From the NCBI GenBank assembly GCA_000708835.1, contig DF237052.1, positions 124,001 to 188,000 on the forward strand: a DNA stretch of 64,000 nucleotides, written 5' to 3'. This DNA is from Klebsormidium nitens (Eukaryota > Plantae > Klebsormidiophyceae). The notes under the pieces are model-generated. The model was not told the origin of the DNA. It made no database searches and was given only the letters and a program-made list of their open reading frames with translations. Positions 55,768 to 64,000 of this stretch are shown here, in pieces; within the stretch, counting starts at the first letter, position 1, and each line of letters starts with the position of its first letter. The position numbers and the translations under genes are program-made.

Positions 55768-57556
55768 ATGCGTGTTCTGAGGTAGGATCTGTCGGGGAAA
55801 GAAGCCCAGACTAGTTCCAATATTGGAGCGGTGGCAGATGAGAGTAGGGAAAGTACGGCGTCAATGGGCTAGTGCCACGTGTTGTTGCGAAACGCAATTG
55901 TAACTTACGAGTGTGAGGTCTTTGTCTTAGGTCCTAGACATTCTTTCAATACGGCAAAGACTTGCTGATGCGGCCAATGGCGTGAGTGCTTGTGGGTAAA
56001 TTAGAGGTTGTTCCGACGTCAAGGGCAAGGCTTCTCAGCTAGCTTGGCTGTACGCCACTCTTTGTTCCTAGCAAGCTCTCCCGTTGTACATTTTTAGCTA
56101 GGACTGGGGTCAGTAACAGGTTGGGACGTCCAATAACACGTGATTCTCTAGTTGGTGCGTTCACCGCCTGTAGGAAGTCGTTGGATTCGTAGCTCGTGTT
56201 GGCACACAGCTGGCACACGTCCGCCACAGCTTGTGCAGAACTTTGGGGCCCAGTTCAAACGATGATCCGATCCAAATTCGCCAATATCCTCAGATTCTTA
56301 ATCCACATTCACGTGATTGAGTTCAAGACCTGAGAAGCACGAGTGAACACACTGAGCATGCATAAGATTGAACATATTGCAATTACATAGACCATGATGT
56401 GCTGCGCCATACTGTTGTCATGCAAGTTCGAACGCTTGAACTAACGCACATTGCAACTGATTAGTATCTAGCTGGCTTAATAAAGGTGTGGTATCAAACG
56501 CAGATGCGTGAAGGCGGCCGCTACTTATAGCTGCAACGTCGGCCGCCCGCCATGCGCGGTGAACATATGCAGTCCAACCGTTTCATGTGAGTGTGCCAAT
56601 CATTCACTTAAGTTGAATTTTAGTTATTGGCACACTCACATGTATGAGCCATGCATCAAATGGCATATGTATCATTGCTCATGTGAGCCGTGCCGCCAAT
56701 CACTGAGCTTGCATGCGGTGTTTGCCTCTAATGTTATGGCGGCGCAATGCGTGCATATAGAAATCTTTGTCACATGCGCATTTGCTCGCACTGCATGAAA
56801 CTAATTAGTCAACACATGGCAACCGAGATCCGTCCGACGTCTGTGCGCGTACGCATCACAAAGCTGAAGCCTGTAGCTATTGAAGCGCGATCAGGGACGG
56901 TCACCATGTCCGAACATCGCCTGTACATCATGCGCGCATCATTACTGAACAACCTAGACAACGGCGAATTTCATTGAATTATGTGGACCCGGCCACACGG
57001 TGTTGGCTGTCACATCCTGGTTACGAGCTGCATGGCATCCAGGCTAGGCGCCACTTCAGTGCAAGCTAAATGGCGAAGGGTCTTGCCATGCCGTCTTCGA
57101 TGCAATTAGTAGACGCACGGTGGCGTTGTATGGTGTACTAGCATGTGAACAAAGACCCTGCAACTCCTAGCATGTGCTCCTGTGTAAACTTTCACGGATG
57201 TGTAGCACGACCCGTGAGTGCTAAAAGACGAAGAAAGAGGCCATGATTGAGTGCACTGTTGGCTCAGAATCAACGCACCCTTAAGTAATGGGGACAGCTA
57301 TCGAGCTCTTGGATTCGCTAAGCTGCAACCTAGATTACCAGACGCAATCCAAAGCAGACCAAAAGAGAGCAGATACTTCTACGTCTCGGCGATCCGCATG
57401 CTAAGATAACAACACCGACACTCTCTCATTGCAAGCCCTAACCAGCTCCCTATGGCCCGTTACTAAAGTCTCCTCCTGGACTATGTACATCGTAAACGCG
57501 TGCTTTCTATTGTATTGAGTCAAGTCATGTCGTTGCCTAGGCCCCGAAAGCATTCA

Positions 57557-60500
57557 TCATTCTGCGATGCTAGTGCACACCCCTTCCGCCCCCTCTTCTT
57601 GGATGGCGCACGAGGCCATCACTGAGTCCTTGACAGCTTCCTGCAAAAGGAGACCGGAAATCGATTGAGCATCACAACGACAAACTCTCTGCCCGGCTGC
57701 CTGAAAGCAAATAGTGCCTCTCTTTGACCGTTGAGGGGACGGCGCCCTTTGTTTCTTTGAATATTGTAACTATACGCTGTTGCTTGGCTTCGTCGATTTC
57801 ACGTACTTAGTAGCAAACGCTGGCCAGTGCTTGATGTGGCTGCCAACGGATGGTTTCGGACCGTAAACGGAGGTACGTCAGGGTGACAACACGAGAGTTG
57901 GCGGATCCTATACGCAGTCTGTCTGCTGCAGTGCGCATCCTCCCCGGATTCAGTTTCTCGGCCTCCCTGAGATTACTTCAGCGGGTTGTTCTGCGAGGTT
58001 GAACATTACAGACGCAGCCGGCTTAGCAACCCAGCGACCTTGAACTCTCTGGCCGAAATAGCGAACAAGAAATGCGCCCCGCGACGTCAGCCCAATCAAA
58101 AGGCAGAACACTTGCTTTTCTTTCGAAGTCCGCACACCCTCAAATGACAACCAATATGCAGGGTCCCTCAATGGCGGGACGTTGGGGCTGCATTGCGTTA
58201 GAGTTGGTAAGCTATCGATCCTCATGTTGGCGGGAGGAAGAACACGCGAATGTTCGAAAAGAAAGCAAGGTTCGCTGCAGAAGCGAGGTTCTCTGACCAA
58301 GACATGTGGACGGCACAAGAAGTTTTGTTCGAATCGAGCTACGGGGTACCCGTTCCGTGTCATGTCCTTTCTTGAATCAACACCCTACCGCACTGAATGA
58401 CCCATTTGCTCCAAGAGCTTTTGCACTTCCGAGGAGATAAGCGCGATTCACAAACTTAGGCAGTCTGATAGGGGAAGACAAAGCGAATCCAGATTTCCAA
58501 CAGTATGCATCTCCTTACGTTGAGTAGGCTGGGATCGATGCCAAAGGCGCGCAGGACCTGTTCGCACGTGGGATGCTCGGCGAAGTTCTTCTGGCGGAAC
58601 TCGAAGAGGAGGTCGCCCCCTTGAGCGAACGCGAACGTGGCCCCCAGTTGCCTGCAAAAGATCAAAGCGAACCTGAGGCCCTGCGCTTGCGGCTTCTTGC
58701 TAATCGATGCTCGAGAGCAGTAGCTGTTCTAGAAAGAGAGTCTGCAGACTGGTTTCGCTCTATGATTTTGGAACTTCTTCCTGGAGGATGGTGTCACCTG
58801 CAGCTCCTTTAAAGATAGTACAGAAATTTTGACAGACTCTCAAACGGCTATACGTACAAGGAACTTTTGAAATACCTACTAAAGCACAATCGGTCTGGAA
58901 GGACGCCCATGTCCTGACGAGATTTCTCCAACGCTCTGGCTTCTCGTGTCCGTTGACAAACGAACTTCACGGTCCTCTTCATTATGTACCAGATTCGAAA
59001 TTCTAAATTAGGCTAGACAGGACGAAGAATGGCGGCAGCGCAACTCCTCTTGGCAGTGCGCAACAAACAAACATGGAAGTACTTCAGCTCAACTGCGACG
59101 TCTGTAAGTCTAATTCTGCAACCTGAGAAAATCAAAGCAGATTCTGCAACCTGAGAAAACCACGTAGCAGAAGGGACGATTAAGCGAGAGTCCCTATGCG
59201 GTCAATCAGAGCGTATAAGTACCGTAAAACACGACAGTGGATGATGGCCTGGATTCTCTGAGGCGACCTGTACACTCACATTCCGTCTCCTTTCAGGTCG
59301 CCCGGCACTTCGGTGGTCTTCCTCAACCCGTCCTTGACCGACTTGTTGAACCCGAGCGCCATGATCCCCTTGAGCAGGCCTAAACAAGACAAGAAAGACA
59401 AGATAAGATGGTCTTCAGACTTGCGACAGTAAGACGAAGGCGGATGACGAGGAACAAGCAAAGTGGCGTTCCCTTACCCTCAAGAGATGGACTTGGAACA
59501 AGAACGACTGCAGAGATGTCAAAGCAATGTGCGCCGTCTCTCAAATGAATGCTTCGGCGAGAGAGTTTCCAAACTTGAAGGCAACGAAGGGAATGCTGCA
59601 GAGTATACAACTTGTGACGTTCTTCTGTGTCGTTTGTCCTCGTTCCTAAAATGTTCGATCCACTTAGGAACCACTTGCGCTCACCCGTCGATTGCAGTTG
59701 CAGTGCCTTGTACGCCTTCTTCCCATCGTCTATGTACAGTTCCCCGTCCCAAAACTTGCCCTCCACGAACTCGTCCACTCCCAGGCGCTCCAGCCCAACC
59801 GCAATGCACCGAACGCCTTTGGCTTTCAAGTGGGGAAGCGCTCGGTTGAGCTCCATCGCTCCCCCCCGGCAGAGGCGGCAGCCGAAGCGCCGCATCAGGT
59901 GGATGAAAGCCGGCTGTATTGCAGAGGGAAGAAAATTGGTTCAGGATGGGGCCAAATATGCCCTTCAAAGAGAAGAAGGAAAGGGTCAGAGAGAATTCGA
60001 AGATGCACTTGGGCTTTCAAATGGGGGAGTGCCCGGCTGAGGTCCATCGCCCCCTCTAGGCAGAAGCAGCAGCCGAAGCGCCGCATCAGGTGGACGAAAG
60101 CCAGCTGTTTTAGGGAGAGAGACGGGTTCAGAAAGTGGGGAATGCACTTGGCTTCCAGTTGGGTTAGGCGGTTGGAGCTCGATAGCACACCCTCTGCAGA
60201 GACCAGCCAAAGCGTCCACAAAGTGAATGAAAACCGTTCGTGCTATACGGAGAGGAAAGAGAGGTCTAGATGCAGTCCTGAATGCCCTTCGCTGTCCCGA
60301 ATGCCCTTCGCTGAGCTCAAAGGCATCCCCCTGGCAGAGGCGGCAACCGAAGCATCGCATGAGGCGGATCAAAGTTGGCTGTATTATGGAGAGAGGAAAG
60401 AGAAGCCAAAAAGAGCAGTCAGAAATACTCTGGCTTATAAGTATGGATTCGCCCAGCTCTGCCCCATGCCCCCACTTTCCGCACCGAACGCGGCAGCCAA

Positions 60501-61139
60501 AGTGCCGCATCAGTGAAGTATAAGCTGGGCTATAGCGCCAAGAAGCGGACTAAGCTTCAGACACCAATGACGGAAAGGGGGGTCCACAACAAGAGAAGGT
60601 TCACAAAGGCGCATATCGCTCAACTTTACCCATTTGCAGAAGGGAGCACTGATCAAAATACCACGTGCTGAACTGAAGCGATAAAATACTTAGCCCAGGT
60701 AAAGAAAGACACCTTCAGAAGACCATCCAGAGTGCACTAACTCCAGTAAGTCCCAAACCGCTGTGCTTAGCGCAACCAACAGCAAAGAGCCCTTCTCGCG
60801 AAACAGAAATGCCGGCGCGAAGGAAAGCCCCAGCTGACCAGCCCATTGAGTATGGGTTTGCATCCCTTGCTCTATGTGCTGGCAGGTCTTAATGCTATGT
60901 TCCCTCAAATAAAAAGGTCTGATTGTCTGGGGCTGCCAATCCTGAACATATTCAGACCTGTGGCTCCTGTACCAATGAAGTTGACCAACTAGAGGAGGAG
61001 CGGAAATAGATCGCACCTGGCCATCCCAGAAACTCTGGTATGCAACCATTTGCTCGTCTCCTGGCCCCACCACCTTGTGCACCTGGATAGCGCCAATCGC
61101 CTTGGCAATCTTGGTCTTGTCCTCGGTGATCAACCCCAT
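57557..61139 (-). CDS. PRXL2B: Peroxiredoxin-like 2B / prostamide-prostaglandin F synthase family (AhpC/TSA-2) CxxC protein, ~222 aa, 5 coding exons
   Basis: Exons 61017-61139, 59685-59913, 59280-59379, 58519-58651, 57557-57640. LMRRFGCRLCR active-site motif, GLERLGVDEFVEGKFWDGELYIDDGKKAYKAL, GDLKGDGMQLG. The frame is open upstream to an acceptor at 61169, so an N-terminal extension is possible. Confidence 0.9.
60003..60535 (-). repeat. Four decayed copies of the PRXL2B exon 2 acceptor and start (CxxC region)
   Basis: Copies read LAFVHLMRRFGCCFCLEGAMDLSRALPHLKA (from 60104), TVFIHFVDALAGLCRG (~60243), PTLIRLMRCFGCRLCQG (~60380) and PAYTSLMRHFGCRVRCG (~60526). Real PAFIHLMRRFGCRLCRGGAMELNRALPHLKA starts at 59913. 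Confidence 0.9.
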
Positions 61140-63002
61140 CTTGGCTGCCTGATATGTGCCTTCACCCGCTGTCGAAAGACGAGAGAGATTGGTACCTATG
61201 GGATAGAAATAAAGCACTACATAAAAGCCATCACATTTTGCTCTTGAAGCACTCTCGGAGGTAGGTCACTTTAAACACAGCTATCTATATGGGGGTGCTA
61301 GAACGCACTGTGAACAACGTCTTGGCTGACAGCTCAAGAGAATCAATGAAATCCAGTGTCCTTTCTCACTTGCAGCTTCGTCAAGCTTCCTTGATACCTC
61401 GCTGTGGGTCTCCCTGTGCACAATGTGGATACCACTTGTTCCCCATGCACATGTTTCAGTCAATCATTGAATGGATGAAGCAGATGATATTTTTCCAGAC
61501 ATTCGGGAACTTGTGAAGAACCAGCGTTGTTTCAGAGTGGATTGTTGTATCACTCTTTGCTCATATCATGAGGCAGGAAGTAAGAGCAAAATAAGGTTCT
61601 TCTAGAACCAGAAATCATTTGTCCCAAGGTGCAGCGTACTGGAGGACTGGTTAAGAAGCCACAACCGAGCAGATGAAGGAGCCTTGAACAACACACGCTG
61701 ACCACAGCAATCAAACCCTTTAAAAATGCTTGCAAGCATCAGCTCACTTCATTGCACTTAGGGTGAATGCAACATTGAGAAAAGGGACTTGTACAAAAGT
61801 TCTATTTGAAAAGCAAAAGTAGGTTCTTGTTTTGGCCAAAATAATTAAAAAAAACTTTTGCAAGCGGACAATTGACACCGCCGCAAGAGGAACAGTTTCT
61901 GATTGAAAATCCCTCTTTCTAACCCTTTTGATATGCCCTGAGATGAAACAAAGCTGCTTGACACTCGTGTATTACATGGAAGCACTTTCCAGCTGCACGT
62001 CTTTGAAGGATGCGTAGGCAGGATATTTCTTTGAGCTTACCGGTGTGGCGCACGCCTTGAGCGGCCTTTTTCTGCAAAGCCTACGCCAGCTGCAATCCCC
62101 TGAGTAATGCTGTGGAAAACGTGCTCCCAAAGATGCTTTGCTGCAAACTGTGTATTGAAGAGCGAACTTGTGACGTATGTTCTTGAAGAGGGCCAAGCTG
62201 CAAGCACGTAGGAGGTCCTACTAGTACTAGAGGAACGTCCTACTAAGCCTATAGGCTATATAGCAGTACGTGTGCCTGCGAGCATGTTTGGAGTTTTCCG
62301 TGATTCGCAACGGCGGAGCTAGCGCCACGTCAATCTTACAGATGCATCGGACGGTTGCGAAGGCTTCCTTGATCACCGGGGGCCTGATCCGCGCGCACAG
62401 GCGTTTGCTTCCTTCAGTTGCTGGCCTCAATCATTGGTCAGTCGCGAAAGTCAAAAGAGTGAAAGGCTCATGATCTGGCGAAGCTGCCATGCTTAGCTGC
62501 TCTGAAGAATGTCAGGTGGCATGGGGGAATGAGTTACATCCACATTGCTATGGCAATGAATACGTGCCACTGTTTATTGTAAACGCTGTTTTGATCAGCT
62601 GCGCAAGGCAGCTGCTCAAGCATGAAGCCAGTCTCAGAATCAGATTGACTTGCAGACAAGTGACGGCACACAGACAAAACAACAGACTGTACCGTGCTGC
62701 ACCCAGTACTCTGTAGCGACGATTATAAGCACATGAGAAGCTCTCTGCTGAACATTCAGCCGATGGAGAGCTTTTTGCATACGTTCAAGAAGCTCGCAAC
62801 TGAGCTCACATTTACCTGCAATATGTACGGTGATGTCAGATCAATCAATGTCCACCAACATATCCACTTTGCAACCAAGTCATATCAACAAGCGTGTCTA
62901 GCTGAAATGTTGAAGGAGAGAATTGCAGTCATCAACAGGTTTCTTTCATGTGAATGTTTCTGGCGATAATAAAAGCTATATAATGTCACCGAACCAAATG
63001 CA

Positions 63003-63601
63003 TTACGCCGTTACAGTACGAGCTGGCTTCGAGAATGACAGCTTTGCTTGCTTCAAGCCGGGTTGTGAACCTGCAAGAAAGAGGACCGGTTGAACGTAAT
63101 GGTCTCGTTTTAAACAACTCCGCGAAGTTGACAGGGAGTCTTCCGGAGGGAAAGCCGAAACCTGTCCGAATTTCATAGATCCAGCAATATTCAAGGCGAT
63201 GCTGACTTCGTGAAGGAGCAGAGAAAGCGTTCAGGACAATCGACAGGATTGGACCAAGATAACAACAAATCGAAAGCAGGAAGCCCGGGCTTGAGAAAAG
63301 TATGACGTTCGGGTTTGATTGGATGAGACTGGAGCTATAAGAAGGAAAACGTCTGTCTTGTAGCAATCAGATTCAAGCCCCTGGTCTTAGATTTGCACAG
63401 CGCATACAAGGTTAGCCAAGTAGATCAACGACTAGAACAAAGGATCAATCTGTAGAACCGGAAACCTGACTCACTGGGTCTTGTATTGCGGGGTTGAGCT
63501 TCATTTGCCAGCTTCGACAGTGGAGCGAGAGCCCGCCGCCTCCATTCCTCGTACTCTTGCTGCTTCTCCTGAGCGGCCTTCGCCTTCGAAGTGCCCGGCA
63601 A
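63003..63601 (-). CDS. 3' end of a probable gene entering from the right edge (last two exons)
   Basis: Exon 63475-63601 (LPGTSKAKAAQEKQQEYEEWRRRALAPLSKLANEAQPRNTRP, donor GTGAGT) joins in phase to exon 63003-63070 (SSQPGLKQAKLSFSKPARTVTA*, acceptor TTCTTGCAG). Upstream exons are not resolved and the family is not recognised. Confidence 0.5.
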
Positions 63602-64000
63602 CTACGCTCAAAGAGATGACGTCACTTGACAGTCAGAAGATCACGTCAATTGTCAATAAAATGGATGCCGGCACCTATCGGGAATTGCAATTCATTTCCG
63701 TTCTGAAGGATTGAAGAACCCTTGAAACCAACAATCTGCTTCGACCGTTGAAATCCAAGCAAGAACGTTTTGCAGAAGGTGTTGTGAAAGATTGTTGGCT
63801 GTAGACTGAGGCTTGCGAGAGACAATTCCGAACTCGTCGAACAAAAACAGCAGAGGAGCAAAAGAGCGGTGTATTAGACTGTCGACACTCAACGGGCTGA
63901 AAGTCAGCCTTCGTTGTTAAACCAAAAACCTTCTGCAACTCTATCAATCGACTTCAGCAGCAATCGTCTGATCTGTAACACGAAGATCTGCAGAGCAGCG

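Noticed and set aside
57950-58363. 137-aa ORF as the last exon of PRXL2B or a separate gene
   Set aside because: A better terminal exon with a strong acceptor and family-like Cys residues lies at 57557-57640, so this ORF is intronic. No homology recognised.
59111-59160. 19-bp direct repeat resembling a doubled acceptor (TTTTCTCAG|GTTGCAGAAT on minus)
   Set aside because: It does not match any exon start of the host gene, so it is not counted among the junction echoes.
59860-59895. Selenoprotein (CxxU) version of the PRXL2 family
   Set aside because: Both active-site codons are TGC (Cys) and there is no in-frame TGA.

Overview
Eukaryotic nuclear DNA, intron-rich (GT-AG) and roughly 50% GC. 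The gene content points to a streptophyte green alga, most likely Klebsormidium-like (inference). By manual splicing I reconstruct nine complete genes. Seven are recognisable: phytoene desaturase (+), a CvfB/YitL-type S1 + winged-helix RNA-binding protein with an organelle-like presequence (-), a TTM1/2-type uridine kinase/CYTH protein (+), ALG11 mannosyltransferase (-), a URH/NSH nucleosidase (-), a two-B-box CONSTANS-like factor (+) and a PRXL2B/FAM213B-type CxxC redoxin (-). Two are orphans: a putative membrane protein (+) and a secreted protein ending in a 6-Cys knottin-like module (+). There are probable partial genes at both window edges and one 332-nt assembly gap. I saw no rRNA, tRNA, CRISPR array or transposase/RT ORF. 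The most striking unexplained structure is splice-junction echoes: about 18 exon boundaries in six genes are tandemly copied (about 40 decayed copies, 1-6 per site) into the neighbouring intron, each copy carrying its acceptor or donor. Some copies have lost the AG or GT. Others keep intact AG|GT junctions or form possible new cassette exons. Other signals are a dispersed ~100-bp G-rich telomere-like element (3 copies) and CATG-dense patches downstream of genes. All coordinates and counts come from reading by eye; no alignments or database searches were run.
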